Positions 1 to 18,290 of a stretch of DNA of 64,000 nucleotides are shown here, one piece after another. The translations under genes were made by a program, and so were the position numbers. The notes under the pieces were generated by a model that made no database searches, was not told where the DNA came from, and was given only the letters and a program-made list of their open reading frames with translations. This DNA is from Hormiphora californensis (lineage: Eukaryota > Animalia > Ctenophora), in contig CM035360.1 in the NCBI GenBank assembly GCA_020137815.1, forward strand, positions 2,418,001 to 2,482,000, in the 5' to 3' direction. How positions within the stretch are numbered: position 1 is the first letter of the stretch; every line of letters begins with the position of its first letter.

Positions 1-194
1 TTAGATCTAGATATTATCTAGATCTATATAAGATACTACTTCACGTATCTCATTCTTTTCTTGGCACATGCACTCAAAGAAATATGATATACCTGTAATA
101 CAGCCACAGCTATACTACTCGTGCCCACAATTCATTTTTGCTTTTCTTATTCTGACTACACTAACAACAACCACCAACTCTTTATAGCTCGCCC

Positions 195-1820
195 ATGTTC
201 CTTTCCAACGTCACCCCAGAGGCCGCCCCGAGGGTGCGACGTCTCGGTATCTGGGGTGGTATATGTGGTGTTATTGCACTGTTACTCCTCATTAACAACA
301 CTGCACTGTTCCCTGTGGTACAGCAGATCCTGGTACACCAGAGGGTCACCCTAACCAACAACACGGACACTTTCGTTCAATGGCTGTTCCCCACCCCCGC
401 AATCTACAAGGTTGTCACTGTGTACAACATCACAAATACAGATGAGGTATCTGCTGGAGGGAAACCAAAGTTAGAAGCCATGGGACCCTACTATTACCGG
501 GAGTATCGGGAGAGGATCAAGGTTGAGGAGGTGTATGATGTGGAATTGTGGTTTAGTGAGAAGAAGTGGTATGAGTTTGATTGGAATGCTACAAACCAGG
601 ATAGACCCAAGGGAGCCCCTCCTCTTGATCCATTCAAGGACACCTTCGTGACGATGAACCTAGGGTACATTGGAGTGGCGTATAATCTCACTGTTTCAGA
701 GGGAGATCAAATCCATATTGACGAGATTCTGGCGATAATAGCCGCTCAATTCGAGAAGGATCTCTCAATTTTCATGACTCGAACAGTCAATGAAGTGATA
801 TACGGTTACACGGACAAATTCCTGGAAATTGTTAGCATTACACGTCCAGACGTGCCCAGTAAGGTCCAGGTAGTCTCCAACATGAGTGAACGGGATATGG
901 GGACAACCAGCAAGATCAGGAACGGGAGGAAGGATGTGAATGAACTTGGACAGTATACCCAATGGCAGGGATATAGCTCTCTTCCATTCTGGAAAACTCC
1001 CGAGGCGAATACTATTAACGGGACGGAGGGGTTGTTCTTCCGGCCTTTCCTGAAAAAGGGGGACGAGGTTACTACATTTGTGGATGACCTGTTCCGCGCT
1101 AATCCGATGGAGTGGGTTGGGGAGGAGGAGGTTAGGACGATCCCAACCTACAAGTACAGGATACCTGATTACATTATGAAGAATGCCACACACAATCCAC
1201 ACAATGATGGGTTCTACGCATATGGCCCAGATGGTATGATGAACCTTACGTCGTGTGTTATGGCTCCTGTGTTCGCCTCCAAACCTTCCTTTATGGACGC
1301 AGAACCGTGGCTACTGGAGGATGTTGAGGGGCTCCCTCCCGTGAATAAGACCACGATGGATACCAACATCTGGGTGAACCCGCTAACAGGTGTGCTGGTG
1401 AAGGCCAAGAAGCAGCTCCAGATCAACCTTATGATCAGTCAGAATGTCATTTTCCCAGGGTTTGCGGGCCTCAGGCAGGATCGTCCCCGGTATATCCCAG
1501 TGGGCCAGATTATAGAAACAGGGGGACTTGATGATCAGTTGGTTAAACAGTTCCACGACAAAGTATTTCGACCCCAGGCTATCCTTGTGGTGGTAGTATG
1601 GACTGTGTTTGGTATTTTCAACTGTGCTTGCCTCGGATTGTTCGTTCAGATGCTCATTGTGGCGGGGGCAAATCAAAAGACTCCGGACCGGGTTCCCATC
1701 ATTCCTAGGGATGATGCATTTGATGAAGGAGCACGAAGTGAGAAGGAGAATGTTTATGAGGTGCCGATAGCTGGGGATGTGAGTACAGAGGGAGCAGAGA
1801 ATGTTTATCAGAGCATATGA
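195..1820 (+). CDS. SCARB2: CD36-family scavenger receptor class B (LIMP-2/SCARB2-like), intronless, 541 aa
   Basis: N- and C-terminal TM helices; CD36-family motifs YNITN-DEV--GGKP-L---GPY-YRE, RTVNEVIYGY-D, N-INGTEGLFF-P, APVFASKPSF and NPLTGV----K--LQIN; many N-glycosylation sequons. Exact orthology among CD36/SCARB1/SCARB2 not resolved. Confidence 0.93.
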   Translation: MFLSNVTPEAAPRVRRLGIWGGICGVIALLLLINNTALFPVVQQILVHQRVTLTNNTDTFVQWLFPTPAIYKVVTVYNITNTDEVSAGGKPKLEAMGPYYYREYRERIKVEEVYDVELWFSEKKWYEFDWNATNQDRPKGAPPLDPFKDTFVTMNLGYIGVAYNLTVSEGDQIHIDEILAIIAAQFEKDLSIFMTRTVNEVIYGYTDKFLEIVSITRPDVPSKVQVVSNMSERDMGTTSKIRNGRKDVNELGQYTQWQGYSSLPFWKTPEANTINGTEGLFFRPFLKKGDEVTTFVDDLFRANPMEWVGEEEVRTIPTYKYRIPDYIMKNATHNPHNDGFYAYGPDGMMNLTSCVMAPVFASKPSFMDAEPWLLEDVEGLPPVNKTTMDTNIWVNPLTGVLVKAKKQLQINLMISQNVIFPGFAGLRQDRPRYIPVGQIIETGGLDDQLVKQFHDKVFRPQAILVVVVWTVFGIFNCACLGLFVQMLIVAGANQKTPDRVPIIPRDDAFDEGARSEKENVYEVPIAGDVSTEGAENVYQSI

Positions 1821-2100
1821 TGGAGAGAGAGAGTGAACTCATATATATCAAGTGAGAGTGGCCAGAAGAAGAAGGAATAATTATTAGTATTGTTTGTTTT
1901 TGTTTTTATGATTTTGTTACAATTTTGTGTTAGATTTTCTTTCGATTTTTCCACGAAATCTAGATGAGTGATTCATTGACCCCACCGTGCTCTATAATAA
2001 CACGCGTGTACAATATATTGTTCTTGTCCCCCAACCCTGCAATCTCATTATCGTAACACCTGTTCTCTCTCTCTCTACTAATCTATCAACTAAATATATA

Positions 2101-3016
2101 TTAGGTTGTCCAGTAAATATTTTCGTTTGGCTTTTATTGGGAAAATGGTTTGAGATAGAGCAAAATGGACTTCACCACAGTTTTTCTCACGCGATTTTGG
2201 ATCGGAATATCATGCCTGATATCGGTATTTGGCTGTTCTCGGTTCCCACCAGGCTATTTACTCTACACCACTCTTGATGCTGCTGCATATAAAAAATCGC
2301 GATTTTCGAGTTTTAGCACTAAAGCTGCTGTACTTCCTAAAAATGGTACCTGAGCGATGTTTTGTTGCATCAAGCTTGTTCATTGGACAATTATCTATCG
2401 TTTAAGATGTAATAAAAGATTCTATCTTTATTTTGTCACTGAGCAATGGGCCTCCAAAAAGTTTTGGTCAAAATTAGAAACTTTCACTTCCGGGTCTCAC
2501 CAGGATTGGCTCATAATCAAAAACTCTGCAGTAAAAGATAGTTCTAAGTCAGTTCTACGACGTAGTGAACCCAATTATGTGATTGGTTGACTTAAAAAAT
2601 GAGTTATTGACGTTTTCGAACACACCCGTAAAACAGGCCAGATTTTTTTGCGCTTTTTCGATTTTTGATGTTACATTTACTGTTCTAGTGGTTACTATCG
2701 AACGCGTAGAGACCCAAATCGCGTATACATTTTATCCTTGGACGATTTGCTATTGATTAAGCACCATTGGAGCTAAAAAGACTGTACCAGTTTTCTTAGG
2801 GAAGCGTTTAAAAAACTTTGGTGACCCCGTGCAGCGGCAACAACAGCGGTGTAGAGAAAATAGCTTGCTGGCACCCCAGAAAAACTATATACCGATATCA
2901 GGCATGATATTCCGATCCAAAATCGCGTGAAAAAAACTGTGGTGAAGTCCATTTTGCTCTATCTCAAACCATTTTCCTAATAAACACCAAACGAAAATAT
3001 TTACTGGACAACCTAA
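2101..3016. mobile_element. Non-autonomous Tc1/mariner-type element (MITE) with long TIRs
   Basis: Ends TTAGGTTGTCCAGTAAATATTTTCG... / ...CGAAAATATTTACTGGACAACCTAA; ~130 bp near-perfect inverted repeat, degenerate out to ~190 bp; TA on both sides (2099-2100, 3017-3018); no transposase ORF. Confidence 0.88.
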
Positions 3017-3129
3017 TATCACAAGTTGAACAATGAGATATATCTCACTGGGGGTGGTTTTGTAGCTCACAACGCATTTCATAAAACGAGCACGCTCTTT
3101 CAGGGTTCGGTAGATCGGGTGGGGGTGGG

Positions 3130-3362
3130 ACATTGAGTGGTACATTGAGTGGTACATTGGGTGGTACATTGAGTGGTACATTGGGTGGTACATTGGGTGG
3201 TACATTGGGTGGTACATTGGGTGGTACATTGGGTGGTACATTGGGTGGTACATTGGGTGGTACATTGGGTGGTACATTGGGTGGTACATTGGGTGGTACA
3301 TTATGTGGTACAATGTACATTGGGTGGTATAACATTGAGGGTACAATGTACCCGGTACATTG
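3130..3362. repeat. 12-bp minisatellite (GGTACATTGGGT)n
   Basis: About 15 near-perfect copies, degenerating at the right end. Confidence 0.95.
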
Positions 3363-3577
3363 AGGGATGTTGAGGGATATATATCGATGATTTCCACCAA
3401 TTCTTCATAGGCCTGGGGGGTAGGGGGTTTGGGAAGGTGGGGGTGGAAAATTGAGAAGCGGGCATTGGAACGAGCGAGAGGGAACATAGGTGGTCATGGG
3501 TGTTCATAGGCTGAGAGAATTCGAGAAACATGGACCTTTGGCTCTTCTTCTCCCTCTCTCTTTCCCTCTCTCTCCCA

Positions 3578-3582
<5 letters not shown>

Positions 3583-3654
<72 letters not shown>

Positions 3655-3877
3655 ACTATTCTTATAGGGTGATTGGTTTGTGTCTAAATCACGTGTTGCA
3701 TGGCCGTTCCTTTCATTGGTCCTTTTAGCGGTGGTAGTTGGTAGAGATGTGCTGGTTTATTAAAAGCCTCCCTGTCGTCCCCCTCCTTTCCCTGGAAGAA
3801 GATAATCGGGAAAAGGTATTTCTCTCTGTCTCTCTCTCTCTCTGTCTCTCTCCCTCTCTCTCTCTCTCTGTCTCTCT

Positions 3878-3957
<80 letters not shown>
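3583..3957. repeat. (CT)n microsatellites, representative of many in the window (others at ~4890, 6222, 8058, 11380, 29340, 37884, 41924, 55457, 57655)
   Basis: Direct dinucleotide runs. Confidence 0.97.
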
Positions 3958-3958
<1 letters not shown>

Positions 3959-4884
3959 CTTCAGTACTCCACGGCCTGGCATACAGGGTTGTAAATGTGC
4001 TCGATTATGCGATGTCAAACTAACACATTGCTGCATAATTTACCCCGGCCTGTAATATATGTGTGTCATTCATGCTTTATTTAAATCTAACGAGGCCAAG
4101 GCCACAATTCTTGAATTAAAATCACCTTACAAACTTTGAGAATCTATAGATCTGGTGATCTAGATTGCGCAGCATTATTGGCCGGGCCACAAATATCAGA
4201 AAGTTAGAACACACAGCTCACATAAGCTCACATACAGACGCACTAATTTCTAATTTCTCCTTTTCTACAGATTTACCTATCTCTATCTATCTATTTCTCT
4301 TTTTCTATATCATCTCTCTCTAGAAATAAAATAATGTTTCACCTCGACTATATACTGTACAAGAACCATTGCCCCGATACGAGTAGACAGTAGCCCAATA
4401 AATCTTTCGACTGTATGGCAATATAACCACCGGTTCCCTAAATATAAATATCATTCTTTGCGTATCATATTATGTCCATATAATATCATTTCAAGACTGC
4501 TAACGCCAAACTAGAGCTCTATATAGAGGGAGGGAGAGGAAAAGAATGAGACATGGAGAGTGAGAGAGAGATGGAGAGATGGAGAAAGAAAGATTATGCG
4601 ACTGAGATGCAATGTGGGGGTATAATATGATGATGATGATAGATAAATCTAGTTGCCTCCTTTTGTCTTGCAACACGCACACTATGTCAATCACCAATGG
4701 ATCACAGGGACAAAGAGAGAGGGAGGGAGAGAGAAAGAGAGGATGAGAGAGAGGGAGGAAGGAGTGAAATAAAGTGAGAGAAGCACTTGACCAATGAAAA
4801 TGGCCGCGTCTTAACACGTGAACACCCATACCAGCTGTACACTGTACAATGGAGGGGAGTCGTAATTAGGGAACATCGTGAGGG

Positions 4885-4960
<76 letters not shown>

Positions 4961-6217
4961 AATATGTTTTAGAGAGAGAGAGATCAGATTGAAGTTATAA
5001 TGAGTGAAAAGCTAGAAGGGGGTGCAGAGTGTGTCTATCTGAAATAAAGAAAGCGAAATTACTGCAAGTTGGTGCGTCTGTTTAGATCTCTTATATTCTG
5101 ACTCTTCCCCAGTCCCCACCCTCTTAGAGACTCCTCATTCAAGCCCCTCATTCTTTTATACAGCTCCAATAAGCTTTTATTCACCACTCTTTAGTCATTT
5201 CTCTTGGTTACCAATAGGTAAATATACTACATAGTCTGTAGACAAGATAAAGTAATCGGTAATATTTTATGATCAAGTCATTTTCTCTCCCTTTATTTCT
5301 CTCTTACCTCGTTCTATTAATCTATCTCTCTCACTCTCTATCCATTTAACTATGTCTCCCAAATCCCACTCCGCCCTGTCTCCCTAACTCTCAGTCTCCC
5401 TATTCCACCCCTAAGGGTTTATAAGTTGGTAAAACAAATACCTGGAACACTCACTTAGGAGCAAAGTATTGGTCGACAAAGCGAGAGGGGGAGTGAGAGG
5501 GGAGAAAGAGAAAGAGGCAGTGAGAGAGGGGGAGAGAGAGAAAGAGATAGGAAATAAATGAAAAAGGGAGCAGCTAAAGGGGCGGATAGATCAAAGTGAT
5601 GTGTCATGACGCGTGTGCTACTATTATAGTTTGGAATGTTATGACCTAGTGAGATGTGAGCTGTAAAAGATTTCTTCAATTTGTGGTACACCGCTTTTGA
5701 AAAACTAAAATTAATAACGGTAGTCTACCACTCTGAACAACTCTGTGTTCAATGCAGAATTCTCTGTCTCTTATCTAAGTATTCCTCTTCTCTGTCTCCC
5801 ACTATCATTCCTCCTCTCTATGTATGAATCGGGATTCATTCTGTCTCTCTCCCCCTCTTCAAGTAATCTGTTGAGTTTTGCGGTTAGACAGAGGGTTAGG
5901 AAAATATATCAGAGGAAGAGACTACAGCTCCCGTGGAAAAATAGGGGGTTGCAGGAAGTAGGAGACGAATGAAGAGAGAGAGTGAGAGAGAGACAGAAAA
6001 ACAGAGAAAGAGAGAGAGACAGAAAAACAGAGAAAGAGAGAAAGAGAGAAATGGATACAGTGAGAGAAAGAGAGTGGATAAAGATAAATGGGGAAGGAAG
6101 AAGGTTATCCATAATAAATGGTCTTCTTATATTATATAAGTAGTATGCGAATAAGTCCCCCCTGGCGCCTAGTGTTAGAAAAATCAAGGAAATCAGAGTT
6201 TGATGTTTGAAAATATA

Positions 6218-6331
<114 letters not shown>

Positions 6332-6334
6332 GGG

Positions 6335-6388
<54 letters not shown>

Positions 6389-8103
6389 GAGATAGGGAAC
6401 TAACGTTTCCTTATTGCCCCCTCTTGCATACCCGGGAATAATTCCTCCATGAATCACTTAAAGGGCTTCACAACCTTTACATAAATACACCAACCCCCTT
6501 TTCTTCGCCTCCCTAGCCCACTATCATACTTTCCTCTCCCTCTATTCTCTAATATTCTCTCCCTAGTATAATGTATTTCTCTCTCTCTCCCCTCTATTCT
6601 CTAATATTCTCTCCCTATTATAATGTATTTCTCTCTCTCCCCTCTATCTCTACCTGTCGCTCTTAAACCCTTTTCTCTCATTGTCTCCCTTCTCTTTCCT
6701 TCTCTTTCACGTTCCTTTTACTTTTCTACACACTGCATCCATCAATAAACTAGACGTTTGAATTGTCCGCATGGATATTGGACATTGAGTTGTCTCACCT
6801 TTAATAGTCTCCACTCTAACGCACCCTGTTTCTGAGAGGTAAAACACCAAGGTCTCGTAATACAGGAATATTAGAAACTATGTATCTCTCAGCTGTTAGA
6901 AAATAGCATTGCATATTATAAGGCACTGGGTATTGAGGGAGTAACATAAATATTATATGTACAATAATGGACGATCTTTTTTGAAACATTTTCATTCCAC
7001 TACAGCTCTTCTTTCTATCCCTCTATGTCTCTCTCTCTATGTCTCCCTCTCACTCTCCCTCTTACCCGTCCATTTAGCTGTCTATCTGTATATATGTACT
7101 GTTAGAGTGACTCTCTATGTCTCCTATATGTGTCTGTCTGTCTGTGTGCACTGTGTGTATGAAGACAGGTCTATTAACCATTGTAACTCTTTACAGGTCT
7201 ACAAGCAAGAATCTAAACTTGATGAAGGTATGTTTCCAACAATTAACAAAATATTATCATATTGTACTACATAAATCATATTATTCAGCATTTAAATGTT
7301 GTGATTTTTTTTTCCAAAATTAAACCAGGCTGAAATTTTAGTGTCAACTTAGCGAGACACGCCCTTCTGCATTATTCTACATCAGAACGGGCCATGTTTC
7401 GTATTTTATGCAGGAATTATATTCTAAATCATTCCATTCATGTGGCCAGTTCTCTATCCTCCTATCTCTCCATCTCGCACTAGGACACATTCTGATATCT
7501 GTCTCGCTTTTCTTTCTCTCCCTGTCACGCATTTTCCCACGATAATCTCGATAGGAATATACTCCAGTGCATACATAATATAAAATATATATTATTCATG
7601 CATATTCCATGTGGGCATGCGTGTGTGCGTTCCACAATTATTGTTTTTATTGAAATCGAAGGGAAGGGGGGCTGCCAAGTCCCAATTTTCACATCAAATC
7701 TCTATTTTTTACATCACATCTATCTCACCTCTATCTATCTCTAAAATTTTCTTTCAATTTCTTTCTTTCACAATTCCATTTTTTGCAAAAATAACGGTGT
7801 TAATTTACTCTCGCTCTCGTACCGAAATACAAACCAAAGAAACGATGCATTACTACAAATCCGGCTTGACTACCACGCTAGAACAATTAAAAAAATGCTC
7901 TTAGCTATTTTTTCTCTATCTCACTCTTTGTGTTACTTTCTCCCCTTTTTATTTATTTTTCCTCGTCTCCTTTCTCCAGACTCTTTTATTTGTATCTATG
8001 ATCTATCCCTCAGACTCTCCCCCCTTCAACCCTATCCATCGTTATGTTTTTATTTACCTCTCTCTCTCTCTCTCTCTCTATCTCCCTATCTCTCTATCTC
8101 TCT

Positions 8104-8169
<66 letters not shown>

Positions 8170-8178
8170 TTCTCTCTC

Positions 8179-8245
<67 letters not shown>

Positions 8246-8526
8246 ATCTTCATCTCTCTCCCTTTCTCTCTCCATATTGTGCTGCATCCCTCGCTCTGTG
8301 CCTCTACCCTCTCTGCTTCTTTTTTCTCCCTGCCGCAACTTGAGAGATACACAACTCTCTGCCTGCGAAAGAACACACAGCATCATTCCTGTAACGCGCG
8401 GTGCCATGATTCTGGTGTTTTCACTCTTCTTGGCGCGCACGCACTGTCTTCTCCCTGTGCGCGCGCGCTCTTTGCAGCATGCTCTCGCTGCATAATTTAA
8501 TTTGATATTTATGGTATTTAATTATT

Positions 8527-8772
8527 TAAAGTCCGTTTCAAGCGACTTGACCCTTAATTCTTGGAATTTGGCGCATTGCGCGTGTATTTACAAAGGGGAA
8601 ATCCTGAATTTCCAGGAATCTCAGGTCAAGTCGTTTGAAACGCACTTTATAAAGTCCGTTTCAAGCGACTTGACCCGTAATTCTTGGAATTTGGCGCATT
8701 GCGCGTGTATTTACAAAGGGGAAATCCTGAATTTCCAGGAATCTCAGGTCAAGTCGTTTGAAACGCACTTTA
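8527..8772. mobile_element. Head-to-tail dimer of a 123-bp palindromic MITE
   Basis: Units 8527-8649 and 8650-8772 are nearly identical. Each has inverted ends TAAAGTCCGTTTCAAGCGACTTGACC / GGTCAAGTCGTTTGAAACGCACTTTA and TA at both termini. Confidence 0.8.
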
Positions 8773-8817
8773 CATATTGCATATCGTATTAGTTCTATGA
8801 ACTCCCCCTCTGTTTAG

Positions 8818-14990
<6,173 letters not shown>

Positions 14991-15967
14991 GAAGGGTGTG
15001 CTGCCCCGCCGCCCCTTTATACAGACAGACCGACTCTATATCAATCTATCATAATTATAATTTAGAATTAGTAATGTGTTAGTATATTGTGCGTAATTTG
15101 TATATAATATACATAATTATAATAGCAAATTCCAAATATGTTAATCTCACACTCATTTCCCCACACACACACACAACCACTTATACAGCTCAGAACTAAT
15201 TGTAATATATATAATGTTATAGGTTGTCTGTTGAATTCCGCTATGTAAATTGTTTTAATTTGAATACATGTTTACAGGTATCTAGAGAAGAAAAAAGAAC
15301 AAATTCCTCTCCCTTGACCCCTCGAAATCTCTCTTTTATATTTATCTCACAGATCCTACTTTTTGGGGATGAAAAAAGTAAAATCAAGACACTGCCGGTC
15401 GGTCATGTGAACTTATATTTAAAAATAGTTTAACAAATTGAGCGAGAGAGAGAGAGAGAGCAGGGATTCATCTCCATATATATATATTTAAGTTTTTAAT
15501 ATGCTTCCCTTCCTTTGATTATCTGAGGCACATTGTTTTACATCACACGTTAACAGCTGTACTGGTTTACATTAGACACCTTTTTTACACACACTTCACA
15601 CGGTGCACCTCTCACTGAGTCTCAGGAAGTTAGATGCTGTACCCAGTTTATTAAAATTATTAAACAGCGTCAAGAACCTTTCTATTTGATTTTATAACGT
15701 TAAATAAATATTGTTTTTATTTGTTTGGTGAATAGGAGGAAATGAGTTCGGTAAAAAAGCCTTCAAATCCTAATTCTTGCAAAAGTTGAAGATTTGGCAC
15801 GCGCAAATAAAAAACGCGCATTATTTCTATTACGCCGCGCAAGGTTTATTTATTTGAAATATTTTGACCGTGACTTGAAATTTCTTCCATCAAAAAATAT
15901 TTTCGTCTGTTTTTTTTTTTCGTTCCTGCTCTGCCACTCTTTGGCGTGAATTACCGAACTCTAAGTC

Positions 15968-17339
15968 ATGCTGAAGTTTTCTACTGAGACCAACGAAGTC
16001 CTTCCTGGTATTTTCGTATGCGGGAGAAGTCAAGTAACTTTGGATCGACTGGAAACGCACAAAATACGCACTATTATAACTGTTATGGGCTGTAGACTAG
16101 GGTGTGCTATTTTTTCAAATGCCTAATTTAATTCAAAATTTCACTTGGTATCGGGTTAAATGAGCTCCTACGATCATTCTAAAACATTTTATCACAAAGT
16201 TTTGGCTCTACCATGGCCCAGTTACGTTGGCACGAGCTATGCCCATATATGGGCATATTCATTTCAAAAAGTCTGTTTTAGGGCGTGATTTCGAACAAAA
16301 CACATATTTAAATCGTCTCGTGACAACTTATACAACTGTTACTTTCAGTTTGAGTCTTCAGATATCCACTTTAAGAACAAAAATAAAAATTTTTCTCCCT
16401 TTTTTTTCTTGCTAATTTTACCAACTTGCAGAATCGTGGGGACGAATTTTAATTTTTTTTAGTTTTTTCTTGGTGGAAATCAAATTTCGGTTGTAATCGA
16501 CTAATTTTGGCCTGCGGAACACGATCCCGTTCATGAAAAAGCTCTCAAAATTTAAGAACATGTCCAAAATGAACATTTTTTGTCAAAAATGGACGTTTTT
16601 TGTCAAAAATGAACATTTTTAGGTCAAAAATGAACTTTAGCATCATTTAATGATGCATATCAATTCTTGTCAGTTTCGAGGTGCTGAACACGATCCTGAA
16701 CATAAAAAGTTGATATCAAGAACATGTCAAAAACTGGTGAAAACCACACATATTTCCCTGTTTTTACCATTTTTCGGTTAAAAACTACACTTTTTAAATC
16801 GCGATGCCAACGTAACTGACAAACACTATCTCGATTCTGTTTTGCTGACGTGATAGAGAATTGTCTATAGTTTCACATTAGCTAGATACTGAATGGCCTA
16901 GTCGAAAAAAATTTGAAATAGCACACCCTACTGTAGACTCCCCGAAAAGATAGTTTCTGAGGTTGATGAATATTATATATATTATTTCTTCAGTTGTGAA
17001 GATAATATGGGTGTTGATTTGTACTCCCAATTTCCTAACTTTGTTGAATGGATCACTGAGGGATTGAAAAACGGGCCGGTTTTAGTGCATTGTGCCGCGG
17101 GATTTTCACGAAGTGTCTCCGCTGTTATTGCTTATATGATACCAACATTTGGTATAACATTTGAAAAATCGCTAGCTGTGATTCAACAGAGGAGACCGCA
17201 GGCAGGGCCAAATCTTGGGTTTAGAGAACAACTTCGAAAATGGGCGGTGGAGCAGTTGTCTAAACCTTGGATTGCTAATGACGCATATTTAGTTGCACAA
17301 AAAACTCATTCTACGGAGATCACGTGGGTCTTTTTCTAA
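15968..17339 (+). CDS. Atypical dual-specificity phosphatase; reading frame interrupted by a hAT-like insertion at 16098-16930
   Basis: The 5' part MLKFSTETNEVLPGIFVCG..LETHKIRTIITVMG (15968-16090) joins in frame to CRLPEK..CEDNMGVDLYSQF..GPVLVHCAAGFSRSVSAVIAYM..RRPQAGPNLGFREQL once the element and one TSD are removed. The HCxxGxSRS catalytic motif is intact. Confidence 0.85.
16098..16930. mobile_element. 833-bp non-autonomous hAT-like DNA transposon inserted in a coding exon
   Basis: TIR TAGGGTGTGCTATTT / AAATAGCACACCCTA; perfect 8-bp TSD CTGTAGAC (16090-16097, 16931-16938); AT-rich interior, no transposase ORF. Confidence 0.92.
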
Positions 17340-17411
17340 GATAAGAAAAGTTGTTAATAGGAGGGAGGGGCGCTGCTTTCTGTTATAAAACATTTTCTAC
17401 CACTTTTAGGA

Positions 17412-17861
17412 ATGGATGAAGTATTACCCTGATTTATTCATCAGTGGTATTCACTACACAAAGCCATTCTATCTTGAAGCCCATCAAATTAAAACTGTGC
17501 TGACCCTATACGAGAAACCCTTGCCACATGAGCCAAAAATGAAGGGAATTGTCGATTATCAACACGTTAAAATCTACGATTGTTCGGTTGAGGATATGAG
17601 TCCAGTTTTTTCCTAAAATCAGCAAAGTTATCGCTGATGGTCTGAAGAAAGGCCGTGTATTGGTTCACTGTCAAGGCTGGAATGTCACGGAGTTCATCAT
17701 GCAATAATCTGCTTTATTATTGACACCTTCAATGTGGACTACTACACTGCACTGAAGTCATGTTAAAATCAACCATCCTCTAGCTCACCCCAATACTGGG
17801 TTTCACGATCAGTTGGTTAGAGTGGGAGGCAGGAGGTGAAGGGAAGGTGGGTACCCACTAA
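17412..17861 (+). pseudogene. Second DUSP domain with several 1-nt frameshifts (pseudogene or sequencing errors)
   Basis: Across frames it reads MDEVLP/DLFISG..HQIKTVLTL..HVKIYDCSVEDMSPVF/PKISKVIADGLKKGRVLVHCQ/AGMSRSS..HPLAHPNTGFHDQL, paralogous to the upstream domain. Confidence 0.7.
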
Positions 17862-18290
17862 AAAATACCGCTGGTTTAAACGAAGGATTGTGGAAGAGTG
17901 GAAGGCTGGAGACAGGAACTTTCAATATTTTGCTAAGATATTGAGTGAGAGGGATGAAGGGGGAGAGGGGGAGAAGGAGAGGGTGAATCCTCCACTCCAA
18001 TAGTAACCACTGCGACGGAGTGAAATTTTATTTGTTTTATATTTCTTGTTTTAAATGTGTGTTTTATTTTATAGTAAGTAGAGAATTGTGAATGATGTTG
18101 AACTGGATTTATTCTTTCAGAACTTGTGTTTGTTTATTGATTGGCACATTTCATACCTCTTTGGATCTAACCCTAATCCCCTCCCATCTGTGTTTTAGTT
18201 AAACCCTTGTAATCTATGTTAACCCCCTCCTCTGTGTGCTAACCCCTACTCCCTTGTCAACCCCCTTGTCAACCTTCACTCCCCCTAAAT

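Noticed and set aside
2885-3487. 200-aa ORF with MYHP repeats and its overlapping ORFs
   Set aside because: Open only because of the stop-free 12-bp minisatellite and the MITE TIR.
16092-16936. Intron using GT of the left TSD and AG of the right TSD
   Set aside because: It would delete 4 nt relative to the empty site and shift the frame; only the TIR donor at 16102 preserves it.
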